DNA of 64,000 bases from Waddliaceae bacterium (GCA_963783885.1 CAWAPJ010000019.1:23713-87712); one strand, 5' to 3'. Numbered from the stretch's first letter, positions 28,344 to 38,648 are shown. A program made the numbers and translations. The notes: a model not told the origin generated them from the letters alone.

Positions 28344-29289
28344 TTTTTGAAAACTGTCCGATTTTTCGGTATTTATTGTATCGCTGTTCGAGGAGAAGAT
28401 GAGGGGGAAGCAGTTTGAGGACATCGCATTTGTCCTGGATAAACCGTTTCACATTGTCATAAACAACCTCCGGATCGTGATGGGCTCCGCCCAAAGGTTC
28501 ACCAATCACTTCATCGATGATTTCGTAGTCCATAAGATTTTCGGAGTTGAGTTTGAGCGCGGCTGCCGCATCGACATTTTTCCCGGCTTCTTTCCACAGG
28601 ATTGAGGCGCATCCTTCAGGGGAAATGACAGAATAGTACGCATGTTCGAGCATGCCGATAGCGTCTCCGATTCCGATGCCGAGCGCACCGCCGGAGCACC
28701 CTTCCCCGATGACAATGGAAATGACCGGGGTTTCGATCCGCATCATCTCCCGCAAATTCAGGGCAATGGCGGCGCCCTGCCCTCTTTTTTCTGCGTCAAG
28801 GCCGGGAAATGCGCCCGGCGTGTCGATCAGGGTAATGATGGGGAGGTGGAACTTTTCGGCCAGCTTCATGAGGCGGAGCGCTTTTTTATAGCCTTCGGGA
28901 TGCATCATCCCGAAATTGCGTTTTAGCCTCTCCTCAGTATTGCTTCCCTTTTCCTGGCCGATCACAACACACTTGATATCCCCCAGGCTGGCAAGCCCGC
29001 CGATAAGGGCCTTGTCATCGGCAAATTGCCGGTCGCCGGAAAGTTCTTCAAAACCGGAAAACATTTTCGCGATGTAGTCGATCGTGTGCGGACGCGAGGA
29101 GTGGCGGCAGATCTGCACCCGCTGCCATGGCGTCAGTTTCGAATAGACATCGTGTTTGAGTTTTTCCAGCTTTTGTTCAAGGCGCGAGATCTCATCAAAA
29201 AAAATAGGATTTTCGCCCCCTTTGCTTTTCAGGTGGTCGATCGTCTTGATATATTCAAAGATCTCTTTTTCGTGTGCCAGTATATCCAT
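28327..29289 (-). CDS. accA: Acetyl-CoA carboxylase carboxyltransferase alpha subunit
   Basis: NFGMMHPEGYKKA, DTPGAFPG, GEGCSGGA, YSVISPEGC. Confidence 0.97.
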   Translation of the reverse strand: MDILAHEKEIFEYIKTIDHLKSKGGENPIFFDEISRLEQKLEKLKHDVYSKLTPWQRVQICRHSSRPHTIDYIAKMFSGFEELSGDRQFADDKALIGGLASLGDIKCVVIGQEKGSNTEERLKRNFGMMHPEGYKKALRLMKLAEKFHLPIITLIDTPGAFPGLDAEKRGQGAAIALNLREMMRIETPVISIVIGEGCSGGALGIGIGDAIGMLEHAYYSVISPEGCASILWKEAGKNVDAAAALKLNSENLMDYEIIDEVIGEPLGGAHHDPEVVYDNVKRFIQDKCDVLKLLPPHLLLEQRYNKYRKIGQFSKNEASI

Positions 29290-30308
29290 TATTGGTATTC
29301 TTCTCCGGGAAGTTTGGCGTCATGGAAATCATTCACAAGTTCCACAAATGACGGTTTGCCTGCGATGATCGCGTAAACTTCTTCGATATCATCGGAGGCC
29401 ATTCTGATGCAGCCGTCGCTTGTGTAAGTTCCGAGGCTGCTTGCGTCTTCCATTAATTCTCCGGATTCAGGATCTTCCTTCCAGGGGACTCCGTGAATGC
29501 CGAAACCTTTTGCAGGAGATGTCGTATTGCTGATTTCCTGCTCAAAGGGGATCCATCTCGTTCCGAAAACCCGAATCAGCTCTATTTTGTTTCCATTGTG
29601 ATAACCGGTTGTTTTGGGCTGGTAGGCGGCGATTCTTTCCCCGAGGGAATATTTGCCGCGGGGAGTCAGCAGGCCCGAGGATTTGAGGTTGTCGGGACGT
29701 CCCAGGCCGACGGCGTAGTCTTTGAGGAATATTCTCTGATGAGTGTCTCTGTCGTAGACATAGAACCAGCATTTGCATCGCGAGAGGTCGATGAGCAGGT
29801 AGAACTCAATGTCTTTGTCGGGATCCAAGACATTGAAATAATCGCCGTTTGAGATATCGTGTTTGTAGTAGTTTCCTTTTCCGTGGAGGCTGCGGGCGAT
29901 AAAGTGGCGCGAGGTCTTAAAATGCGTGGCATAATCGGAGATCCAAGCCGGCCTTCCGTTCATCCAGGAGACGCGGCTTTTGTATGAGATTGTTTTGACC
30001 ACGGGAAGCTTTTTGTCCGAAGTAGTGAAGAGGCGGTCGATGTTGCCTCCGGTCGGAAGCCCTTCTGAGGCAAGAGGCCATGAGGCAGTGATCGGCTCGT
30101 CCGTCTTAACCTGTTGACCAGCAGTCGGTTCCTCCGGGGTTTCAATGATTTCAGGCTCCTTGTCGATGTCAATGAGAATCGGGGCGATATCGGTATTTTG
30201 AGCGGTCACGACAATTTCCGGCTCTTTCTCCGTCTGATTCTTTAGGTACGCGGCTATCCCTATGATGGAAAAGAGCACAAAAGCTGTGATGATGAGTAGT
30301 CTCCCCAA
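29289..30308 (-). CDS. L,D-transpeptidase (YkuD) family protein, membrane-anchored
   Basis: TPRG, FGTRWI, GIHG, SDGCIRM. Confidence 0.85.
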   Translation of the reverse strand: MGRLLIITAFVLFSIIGIAAYLKNQTEKEPEIVVTAQNTDIAPILIDIDKEPEIIETPEEPTAGQQVKTDEPITASWPLASEGLPTGGNIDRLFTTSDKKLPVVKTISYKSRVSWMNGRPAWISDYATHFKTSRHFIARSLHGKGNYYKHDISNGDYFNVLDPDKDIEFYLLIDLSRCKCWFYVYDRDTHQRIFLKDYAVGLGRPDNLKSSGLLTPRGKYSLGERIAAYQPKTTGYHNGNKIELIRVFGTRWIPFEQEISNTTSPAKGFGIHGVPWKEDPESGELMEDASSLGTYTSDGCIRMASDDIEEVYAIIAGKPSFVELVNDFHDAKLPGEEYQ

Positions 30309-30401
30309 GGTATTCTCTCCTTCAACTATTTTTTAGCAATTTTATCCTATTTTTCTTTTGAATACAAGGTATTTACGAACTTTAAAAAATTATTTTGCCA
30401 T

Positions 30402-30418
30402 TTGGCCCGGTATTTGCT
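30402..30418 (+). promoter_or_regulatory. Sigma-54 (-24/-12) promoter candidate
   Basis: TTGGCCCGGTATTTGCT = GG-N10-GC, upstream of ATG 30445. Confidence 0.6.
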
Positions 30419-30444
30419 TTATCACTAAGAATCATAGGTAATAT

Positions 30445-31608
30445 ATGATTAATAATAAGAATGATTTACCCCTAGTTTCTAAGCCTGAAGGGAATGTGGA
30501 TGACTGTAATCCGATTCAGTGGCTATATAGGCATTACCCCGGAATTTTAACGCACCCCGAGAAAATAAAAAATATCACCGCCTCTATTGAAAAAGAAAGA
30601 GAGCATTTTTTAATCACGACCTATAAATTATCGAAGTCTGGCGACAAATATTTGAAAACGCGCATTTTGTGGAAACTGGAAGTAGACGGCAAGCCCGTCG
30701 AGCTTTTGTCGACAATCTACACGGCAGTCAAGTGTCCGAAAGATCCCGAAAATTTGAGGGAAGTAGCCATAGCCAAGTCAAAAGTCCTGATGGTCGCAGA
30801 AACGTATAGGCAATCCCTTTTGGCGGTTCTCGACCCTGCGCATAAGCAGCATCATTTGACGGCTCAAATGATGCCGAAATTTACTATTATGACGCATTTT
30901 ACCATCGATGCCACGCCGACAGGGCGGATCAGAAGCTACAAGATCGCAACCCGTGAAAAAGATTCCTCAGGGCCTGGCACTTATGTGCTGAGCAAATTAT
31001 TGTCTCCATATTTTGCCGTTTCCAAAATCAACGACTATGAGTCGGAAGCCGTCATACAGGACAACGGGTCCGATGAAGTTTTCAATGCCCTCCGCGAAGA
31101 GAAAGAGGGGAGAGTCAGCCGCTTTCTTATTGACTATTACACAATCTGCAGCCATCGCTACAGTCAAACGTTTGAAGAGGCCTATACACGGTTCATCGAT
31201 GTTATGGCCGAAGACCAGGTGCAACGATATATTCTTGAGCTCAGGGATATGGAAGCCGGGGCTCAAAAGAAAGAGTATTCCATCGAAGAAATTAGAGAGA
31301 AGTTCGATTATGTGATCCAGTATGTCAAAGAGCATCATGAAAGCTCCAGGCATGAATATGAAATCATGAAAGAGGCTTTTTCTCATCTGGAGAGCGTGAT
31401 TGACAAATTCGATTCCTGGCGGGAGCATCCCGACTTGTCTTTAGCGCAGACGAGCCTTCTCGAGGCAAAGATCAATCAGCTTTCAAAAACAGTCAACGAC
31501 AGGCGTCTTCTACTGACTGAGCTGAGGCGCCGGTTCGAAAAAATCGAATACTTTGCCAAATGGTTTAAAAAGCAGTTCCCCACTCTGTTCCTCATGCTTG
31601 ATGAATAA
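30445..31608 (+). CDS. Hypothetical protein with coiled-coil C-terminus
   Basis: 387-aa ORF, SD AGGT. Confidence 0.7.
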   Translation: MINNKNDLPLVSKPEGNVDDCNPIQWLYRHYPGILTHPEKIKNITASIEKEREHFLITTYKLSKSGDKYLKTRILWKLEVDGKPVELLSTIYTAVKCPKDPENLREVAIAKSKVLMVAETYRQSLLAVLDPAHKQHHLTAQMMPKFTIMTHFTIDATPTGRIRSYKIATREKDSSGPGTYVLSKLLSPYFAVSKINDYESEAVIQDNGSDEVFNALREEKEGRVSRFLIDYYTICSHRYSQTFEEAYTRFIDVMAEDQVQRYILELRDMEAGAQKKEYSIEEIREKFDYVIQYVKEHHESSRHEYEIMKEAFSHLESVIDKFDSWREHPDLSLAQTSLLEAKINQLSKTVNDRRLLLTELRRRFEKIEYFAKWFKKQFPTLFLMLDE

Positions 31609-31632
31609 TGGTCTTTTTGCCACGATGATCCT

Positions 31633-33132
31633 ATGCACATCATCCACGCAGCTTCTGAACTCGCCCCGATTGCCAAGATAGGCGGGCTCGGCGATGTTCT
31701 GCTCGGCCTGTCCCGCCAGCTTGCCTGGGAGGGGCATGATGTCGATATCATCCTTCCCAAATACGACTGCATGGATACCGAAAAGATCCGCGACCTGCAT
31801 ATCGACGAGTCTGACATTTTAGTCGAATATGATGGGCAGGTGCACCCGAATACCATTTGGCTGGGGTGGGTCGACAATCTCAAAGTCTATTTTATCGAGC
31901 CCCACCACCCCAAGCTCTTCTTTAATCGAGGCTGCATTTATGGATGCGACGACGACATCGAACGCTACATTTACTTTTCCAAAGCTTCCATGGAGCTGAT
32001 GAAACAGCGAGGCCTTAAGCCTCATCTTCTCCATTTGCACGATTGGCATACAGCCCTTATGGCCCCTCTTTACAAAGACATGTATCGGGAGCTCGGAAAG
32101 AACGGACTTAAACTTGTTTTTACGATCCATAATATGGAGTACCAGGGAAAATGTCTGACACTTGATATTGATAAAACGGGGCTTAAAGGAGAGGATTATG
32201 CCGATCCCAAAAAGCTTCTCGATGAAACAGATTCAACCCATCTCAATCTAATGAAGGGGGGTATTGTCTATTCTGAAGCGGTCACAACCGTCTCTTGTAC
32301 CTATGCCAAAGAAATACAAACGCAAAAAGGTGGAAAAGGGCTCGGTAAACTTCTAAAAAAATACAAAAGCAAAGTTTATGGAATCGTCAACGGCGTCGAA
32401 TACGCCTATTGGAACCCCGAAACAGACCCTTACCTTCCCGCTCACTTTTCTTCCAGGGAAAAACCGAAAACCGATAACGACTTGGCGACGATTGACCGGA
32501 AAGCGTATGTCAAGAATCTGCTGAGAGAGAAGCTTATGCTTGACGAAGCGCATCGTCCTTTAGTCGGCTGCGTCGCCCGCCTTGTTCCCCAAAAAGGGGT
32601 AGAGCTGATGCGCCACGCCCTCTTCCGTACATTGGAAAGGGGAGGGCAATTCATTCTTCTGGGAACCAGTCCTATCCCTAAAATCAATCGCGAATTTCAC
32701 GAGCTGATGCATCATTTCGCCGATCATCCCCACGCCCACCTGATTCTGAAGCACGAAGAAGAGACGGCGCATCATATTTTCGCCGCCAGCGATATGTTTA
32801 TTGTTCCTTCAATATTCGAACCCTGCGGCCTCACTCAGTTGATATCCCTTAAATATGGTACCGTTCCCATTGTTAGAAAAACAGGAGGGCTGGCCGATAC
32901 GATCGTTGATGTCGACAACGGGAGGGTTCTTTTTGAGAAAAGAAACGGCTTTGTCTTTGAAAAGCCCACGCCCGAGGGGTTCAACTCAGCTTTGGACCGG
33001 GCCATCGCCTATTGGTTTGACAAGCCGCTAATGTGGCGGAAACTCATGCTAAACGGCATGGCTATGGACTTCAGCTGGAAGGGCCCCGCCAAGCAGTATC
33101 TCGACCTTTATGAGAAGATTCGGATGAAGTAG
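31633..33132 (+). CDS. glgA: Glycogen synthase
   Basis: KIGGLGDV, HLHDWHT, FTIHN, FEPCGLTQ, KTGGLADT. Confidence 0.96.
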   Translation: MHIIHAASELAPIAKIGGLGDVLLGLSRQLAWEGHDVDIILPKYDCMDTEKIRDLHIDESDILVEYDGQVHPNTIWLGWVDNLKVYFIEPHHPKLFFNRGCIYGCDDDIERYIYFSKASMELMKQRGLKPHLLHLHDWHTALMAPLYKDMYRELGKNGLKLVFTIHNMEYQGKCLTLDIDKTGLKGEDYADPKKLLDETDSTHLNLMKGGIVYSEAVTTVSCTYAKEIQTQKGGKGLGKLLKKYKSKVYGIVNGVEYAYWNPETDPYLPAHFSSREKPKTDNDLATIDRKAYVKNLLREKLMLDEAHRPLVGCVARLVPQKGVELMRHALFRTLERGGQFILLGTSPIPKINREFHELMHHFADHPHAHLILKHEEETAHHIFAASDMFIVPSIFEPCGLTQLISLKYGTVPIVRKTGGLADTIVDVDNGRVLFEKRNGFVFEKPTPEGFNSALDRAIAYWFDKPLMWRKLMLNGMAMDFSWKGPAKQYLDLYEKIRMK

Positions 33133-33192
33133 CAGAAGTGTGGATGTTAGACATCATTTGACTTAACAAAAAATGATTAGGAGGACCCAAAA

Positions 33193-34232
33193 TATGATTT
33201 CAGAATTTTATACCGTGACCTCATCTAATGATAAATGGAATTTGGAATATAAGATTATTCCAAAGATTACAAGGGATTCTCGTAATTGCACGATAGAAAC
33301 AATGAAACTAAGTGCATGGTCAAATCTTAAAAAAGCAGAAAAATATGCAAAAAAAGGCAGCAAAACAACTGGGAGTCCCTAATCTGAGAAACGTAAATGA
33401 TATTATTGTGATCGCTCCTTGTGAGGATGGATATTTTTCCAGGAAGGTAATTGTTTCAGGAGACGATCAAGGAACTGTAAAAAAAGTAGAAAAGCAGACC
33501 AGGCTGCTTGGGAAAAAGCTTATAGATCACTGGAAAATTGTTAATGAACGCTCTTGCGAATATATTCAAGCTTTGGCGTTTTCAAAGAGTGACTTAGAGG
33601 AGATTAATAACTTTATTCAGAAGAAAAGTGAAATGGAAGGATTTCTGGATCTTAAAATCAAAGGAAAGAAATTTTCTCTGTTTGTATTCGAAACGGATGC
33701 TAGCCCTTACGAGGGTGAATGGACTTATACTATACAAGTCCTTTGCCAAAATGATCCCTCTCTCAACGAATGTCAGGGAGAAGGGCCGATGTTCATCACG
33801 TCGGTTAAGGGTAAATGGCATAAACAAGTTTTGAAAAAGCTCAATGTCAGTATCAAGGAGAAATTACACAATGAAATCAACTCAATCTATAGTCAACCGT
33901 CAAAGATATGGGAGCTAGTCAAGCAACATTCCAACGAATATATTCAAGCTTTGAAGCTTTTTAAAAGTGACTTAAAAACGATCGAAGACTTTATTCAAGA
34001 AACGGAAGGAAGAAAAGGGTTTCTGGATCTTGAAATCGAAGGAAAAGAATTTTCTCTGTTAACAAACCGCATATGTGCTGTTTCTTACGGTGATGACTGG
34101 ACCGATATTGTGCAAGTCGTTTGTCAAAATGATCCCTCGCTCAACACACAAATAGGAATGGGAGCGAGGCACCTCACAGTGATTCCGGATGAGTGGCATC
34201 AGAAAGTTTTAAAAAAAATAAAAGAGTCGTAA
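33193..34232 (+). CDS. Hypothetical protein with internal tandem duplication; frameshift at A7 run near 33349-33355
   Basis: Frame ending AEKYAKK continues as AAKQLGVPN in another frame; EYIQAL...GFLDL...CQNDPSLN...WH occurs twice. Confidence 0.65.
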
Positions 34233-34245
34233 AGGGCTTCTTGTA

Positions 34246-34289
34246 TGGCGCCTTCTAATGCTGAGCGGCATGGCTATGGACGTTAGCTG
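34246..34289 (+). repeat. Diverged duplicate of glgA 3' region (33034-33077)
   Basis: 35/44 nt identical, 16-bp exact core cggcatggctatggac; WRLLMLSGMAMDVS* versus WRKLMLNGMAMDFSW. Confidence 0.85.
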
Positions 34290-34418
34290 AGGTTTAGGTA
34301 GCAATCAGGGTCTAAGCCTCGATTATCGGCAAGGGATTACCCTTGCCTTCAAATCGAGTCTACGCATCTGAATCCAACGAAAGACTTTAACAACAAGTTT
34401 AGGTAGCAATCAGGGTCT
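34284..34418. repeat. Two partial copies of the palindromic element family
   Basis: 34284-34313 matches the right arm of the 45202-45355 element; 34312-34418 is identical to 44032-44138. Confidence 0.9.
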
Positions 34419-34420
34419 TA

Positions 34421-35008
34421 GATCTTCTGGCGTCTTATATAAAGCAATTCGCAAGACCTGTGGTAGCTATGAATTTTTTGGAAGTTTTAGAGTGTCTCCC
34501 CAAGAGATTTCTTGATGAAATCAATAATGACTTTGTTAAACTCTTTTCAAAAGAATACTATAGCACCACAGTAACCACCTGTATCGTTGATGCTTCGGAA
34601 ATTCAACGAATTCCTATAATCAATTCTCTGATTAGCTTAACAAAAGAGGATACCGATTGGCCTTTAATTACACTTGTAATAGATGCTCATGTTAAGATAT
34701 CCGGAGACAAAAGAAGCGAGGTAATTCACTCTTTTGTTGAAGCTCTAAAGGCGAATCGAGATATTCGGGTTAAGGCATTCAGCCAGTTTTTTTGTATCTA
34801 ATGGATTATGAGAGCCCAAGTAATGGAAATCGCGGCTCCTTATTTAAAAACCTGTAAAAAAATTGAAGTCGATACAATTTATTGGATCGCTTCTAGACTA
34901 ATAGATATGAATGAAGCGAAAAGAAAACCTGCTTTTCAAGGACTCTTACACGATGAAAAATTGGCTGATGATAAAACAACAATAAAAATGCTTTCGGATT
35001 ATCTTTAA
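34421..35008 (+). pseudogene. 5'-truncated hypothetical gene with in-frame stop at 34799-34801
   Basis: Frame is open from the repeat boundary; ORFs 34460-34801 and 34808-35008 are in the same frame. Confidence 0.55.
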
Positions 35009-35136
35009 AGATTTTTCTCCTTAGATTTTTTGTCAACAATTGCCCTTTTTAATAACATTATTGGCATCTTCAAACGTAATTTTCCGAATCAGACTCGAAT
35101 TATTTTCGTCAAAATTTTTACCTTAACCTGTTAGTC

Positions 35137-35175
35137 TTGGCACAGAATTTGTTTACAAAAACCGTTGTAAACAAA
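35137..35175 (+). promoter_or_regulatory. Sigma-54-like motif overlapped by an 11-bp inverted repeat
   Basis: TTGGCACAGAATTTGT; tttgtttacaa-N6-ttgtaaacaaa abutting SD AAGGAG. Confidence 0.5.
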
Positions 35176-35185
35176 GGAGTTCAAG

Positions 35186-37429
35186 ATGGGTCCGTTGAAT
35201 GTTAATCGAGTAGAATCTTTCCCATTCCTCCAAAAACGGAAAGTTAAGGGGACTCATATTGCCTTAAAGGCCCTTCAGCATAGCAGGAGCGACCCGACAT
35301 TGAGCCCTCAGAGAGTGAAAGTTCTGACTCCAAAGGATTATACAAGAATCCCCTCACCCTATAGAAAAGCTAAACCTCCTGAATCGGAGGCAGTTAAAAG
35401 AGCCAAAAAAGATGCTGCTGCAAATGGCTGGTTAATCTCGGCGCGGATTCAAGATTATGGGATCGACAATCAAAAGGACTTAGTAGACATTGCGAAAATC
35501 GCCGCGCGGCAAGATGGCGGAGGTGTGTCGGCCTATATTGAAAATTATGGAATAACTAGCGAAGACGATCGAATCGAGATAGCATTGCTCGCCGCCATGC
35601 ACAACGGGATTGCCGATGCCGACGAGGAAAGTACTGTCTCGGCTTTTATTGGAAACTATCGGATAAAGAATCAAAAAGGTCTTGTCAAGATAGCTATGGC
35701 CGCCGCCAAACATAATGGTCTGAGAACCGCTCAGCATTTTCGAAATTATAGAATCAAAGATTCTAATGATCGAGAAATAATATTTCGCGAGACATTGAAA
35801 AATAATTCCAACGCCATTAGATTCGCGAACCAGTTCGATCTTGAGCTAAAGACACTTGCCAAGATCTCTTCGGATCTGCTGAAAAAACATCCTTTGTTGG
35901 CGTCGCTTGTTTTTGATACGTTCAACAACAAACCTGTTATGCTGCTCAAAATTCAGGCCGAGCTGTATAAAAACTTCCCTCGGCTGGCCAAACAGCTCAG
36001 CCAGAAAAAATCGATGATTTCAGAGGAAGCTTTAAGAAATTTTTCACTAAAAGATACTTTATCAATACTCGACAACCGTGATTTTTCAAAAAGAGAGTTC
36101 AAAAACTTGATGGCAGTAATCGATAAAGTTAAAGAGTCGCAAAATCCTCATGAAAATACACTTTGGTTGATAACCGCTTTAATAACTCTTGATAAACTCG
36201 ATCACAGTATTTTGAAATATCTTTTGAAAAAAAATGTTCTATTGAAAATGGCTGATCTTAAGCCTCGGTCATATAGGAGTATGCTTGTCGATGATATCGC
36301 GATGTTTTCCAATGCAAATAAGGAATGGCTAAGCATTTATCAAGATCTCAATCGAAAGAGTGGGAGAGGGATCCATCGGCTCATACCCAATCTCTACCTG
36401 GCCCATTTTTTATGTCAGGGATTTGACAAAGAGGCTGTTGAAGATTTGGCAATTTCCATTGGTAAAAACAACCATTTAAGAAAACATAAATTTCAAAGTG
36501 TCTTTTATCCTTTTTTTCACAAGCTAATGAACAATCAAACTCTCCACACATTTGACCGGGAATATATTCTAAACCTACTGTTCGTCGAAGAGGAGTCAAT
36601 TAAACAGAATGTCTATATTCTCGATATCATCTTATCTCATGGCGAGGGAAGCATGCTGACTTCAGATCTCGCTAAAACCAACGGCAATTTTAGCAAGTTG
36701 CTGAATCGGTTTTTCCAAAGCGAGGGGAAGGTGAAATCATTGAAGCACTTTGCTGACAGGTTCAATGATGTCATAGGTTTCCAAAATGTTTCGGGTAAGG
36801 CATTCTTGTCTCTTTGGGTATCTCTTAGCGACCTGCCGGAGGCCCGAAGAGTCCAAGCCTTTCATCAGCTTGGGTTGTATTTGGATGGAGCCTTGTGTCG
36901 AAAAACACAAAAGGTGCGGAAGAAAAATACTCTTCATAAGATCAAAAATATGTCTCAATGGGAGCAACCTTTGCCGAGAGGCATCAGCGGAGATCTGACC
37001 GCATTGGAAACCGATAAGTCAAAAACCATGCTTGAAGGGCTTGCATTCATGAGTAGTTTGGATCGGGTCGAAGTGAATGAAGCCTTGCTTTCAGTTCTCA
37101 CGGATGCAAAAAACCGCATGATTGTCGTTAAAGATAAAAAAGGGCAGATTCAAGGAGCTGCTGTCATGAAGCTTCTTTTTGAGAAAAAATCACAAAAACC
37201 TTTGATTTTTTTAGATAAGATCTATCCGGTCCGTCCTAGCAGAGGAATTTCTGAAATGATCCTCGAGACGGCCAAGAAAAAAAGCAATATTATGGGATTT
37301 GACCTTTACCAAAAATCCGAGGGACGTAAAACCGATGCTCCGACACTCCTCTCTTTAGGATCCGCATCCTATTCGGAATACTGCGACGGAGCAGGCGGAA
37401 TCATAAAATGGAGGCTCTTATACAATTGA
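35186..37429 (+). CDS. Large hypothetical protein with about 29-aa helical repeats (candidate effector)
   Basis: Four 'I.NY.I....D...IA..AA...G' units; S/P/K-rich N-terminus. Confidence 0.7.
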   Translation: MGPLNVNRVESFPFLQKRKVKGTHIALKALQHSRSDPTLSPQRVKVLTPKDYTRIPSPYRKAKPPESEAVKRAKKDAAANGWLISARIQDYGIDNQKDLVDIAKIAARQDGGGVSAYIENYGITSEDDRIEIALLAAMHNGIADADEESTVSAFIGNYRIKNQKGLVKIAMAAAKHNGLRTAQHFRNYRIKDSNDREIIFRETLKNNSNAIRFANQFDLELKTLAKISSDLLKKHPLLASLVFDTFNNKPVMLLKIQAELYKNFPRLAKQLSQKKSMISEEALRNFSLKDTLSILDNRDFSKREFKNLMAVIDKVKESQNPHENTLWLITALITLDKLDHSILKYLLKKNVLLKMADLKPRSYRSMLVDDIAMFSNANKEWLSIYQDLNRKSGRGIHRLIPNLYLAHFLCQGFDKEAVEDLAISIGKNNHLRKHKFQSVFYPFFHKLMNNQTLHTFDREYILNLLFVEEESIKQNVYILDIILSHGEGSMLTSDLAKTNGNFSKLLNRFFQSEGKVKSLKHFADRFNDVIGFQNVSGKAFLSLWVSLSDLPEARRVQAFHQLGLYLDGALCRKTQKVRKKNTLHKIKNMSQWEQPLPRGISGDLTALETDKSKTMLEGLAFMSSLDRVEVNEALLSVLTDAKNRMIVVKDKKGQIQGAAVMKLLFEKKSQKPLIFLDKIYPVRPSRGISEMILETAKKKSNIMGFDLYQKSEGRKTDAPTLLSLGSASYSEYCDGAGGIIKWRLLYN

Positions 37430-37507
37430 ACACGCACAGGAAATATAAAAGTTCAATATTGTTCAAAAGAATTAAGTGTGTTAGATTCTTCTCAAGAAAG
37501 TGGGAGA

Positions 37508-38110
37508 ATGCTTTTGACTATTGCCAATTGGCTGACAATTCTAAGATTATTAATCAGCCCCTTTTTTTTATTGATTTACGTCTATCCGAAGACATTTTAC
37601 GTCTCAGAGGCGTCTCTTCCCTTCGTTCTTCTTGCCTTATTTTTATTTTTTGAGCTTTCCGACGCATTCGACGGATTTATTGCAAGAAAGTATGAACAGG
37701 TGACGGAATTGGGAAAGCTGCTCGATCCGATGGCCGACAGCATTACGAGGACATCGGCTTTTTTAACCTTCACGCTAGGACCGGTGCAGCTTCCGATAGT
37801 GATCGTTTTTATTTTTATCTATCGCGACACCATGGTCGGGACGCTCAGGACTATCTGCGCTCTAAAGGGATTTGCCCTTGCCGCCAGAGTTAGCGGCAAA
37901 ATCAAGGCCATCATTCAGGCGATTGCCATCTTTGTCATCATAGCGATGATGATCTTCCATTCTTTAGGGGGGATTTCGCAGCAAACGCTTCAATTTGCCG
38001 CCTCCTTGGCAGGGTGGATTGCCGCCCTATATGCGGTATATTCCGGAATAGAATACTTTACTGTAAACCGCAGCTACATCGCTCGAATGCTGCATAGCAG
38101 CCCGCGATAG
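37508..38110 (+). CDS. pgsA: CDP-diacylglycerol--glycerol-3-phosphate phosphatidyltransferase
   Basis: ANWLTILR, DAFDGFIAR...GKLLDPMAD. Confidence 0.92.
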   Translation: MLLTIANWLTILRLLISPFFLLIYVYPKTFYVSEASLPFVLLALFLFFELSDAFDGFIARKYEQVTELGKLLDPMADSITRTSAFLTFTLGPVQLPIVIVFIFIYRDTMVGTLRTICALKGFALAARVSGKIKAIIQAIAIFVIIAMMIFHSLGGISQQTLQFAASLAGWIAALYAVYSGIEYFTVNRSYIARMLHSSPR

Positions 38111-38119
38111 CGGGCTGCT
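38096..38119. terminator. Hairpin between convergent genes
   Basis: agcagcccgc-gata-gcgggctgct, perfect 10-bp stem. Confidence 0.7.
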
Positions 38120-38128
38120 TAAAAGAAC

Positions 38129-38575
38129 TTACTTGCGGATGATATTGGAGAGGTGGTCAGCATAGGCTTTCGCGCCCCCGGCTTTGTAGCCTGTTTTTCC
38201 CAGAACATTTTCGTTCGGGTCGAGAACGATGACAGTCGGGAATCCATTGATATGATACTTGTTTTTCAGCTGTTCGTTTTGCTGCTTTACTTGCGGGCTT
38301 TGGTTTGAAGACATGGGGAAGTCGAGATCGACAAAGATCATCTTGTCGGCCATTCGATTGGCGAAATCAGGTGATTTGAACACTTCGTTGTCTAGCTTTT
38401 TACACCATCCGCACCAGTCAGAACCTGTAAAAAATAAGAGTATGGGCTTAGACTCGCTTTTGGCCTGCTGAACCGCTTTAGAATAGTCGGTTTGCCAATT
38501 GATCGACGAGGCCGCAAATGCAGTTGCCGCTGCAAAGACCATAAGACAAAAGCTTAATAATTTGAATGTTTTCAT
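38129..38575 (-). CDS. dsbH: Exported thioredoxin-like disulfide oxidoreductase (DsbH-like)
   Basis: Signal peptide, FTGSDWCGWC, GFPT. Confidence 0.8.
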   Translation of the reverse strand: MKTFKLLSFCLMVFAAATAFAASSINWQTDYSKAVQQAKSESKPILLFFTGSDWCGWCKKLDNEVFKSPDFANRMADKMIFVDLDFPMSSNQSPQVKQQNEQLKNKYHINGFPTVIVLDPNENVLGKTGYKAGGAKAYADHLSNIIRK

Positions 38576-38648
38576 AAAAAAAACCCCTTACGTTTTAAAA
38601 CGTTTTAAGTTAAACTGCTCAGTTTAATATAAATGAATTTCCAGAAAT

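Noticed and set aside
34284-34418. Two gtttaggtagcaatcagggtct copies as a CRISPR array
   Set aside because: Only two units, the intervening sequence recurs verbatim at 44 kb, and there are no cas genes
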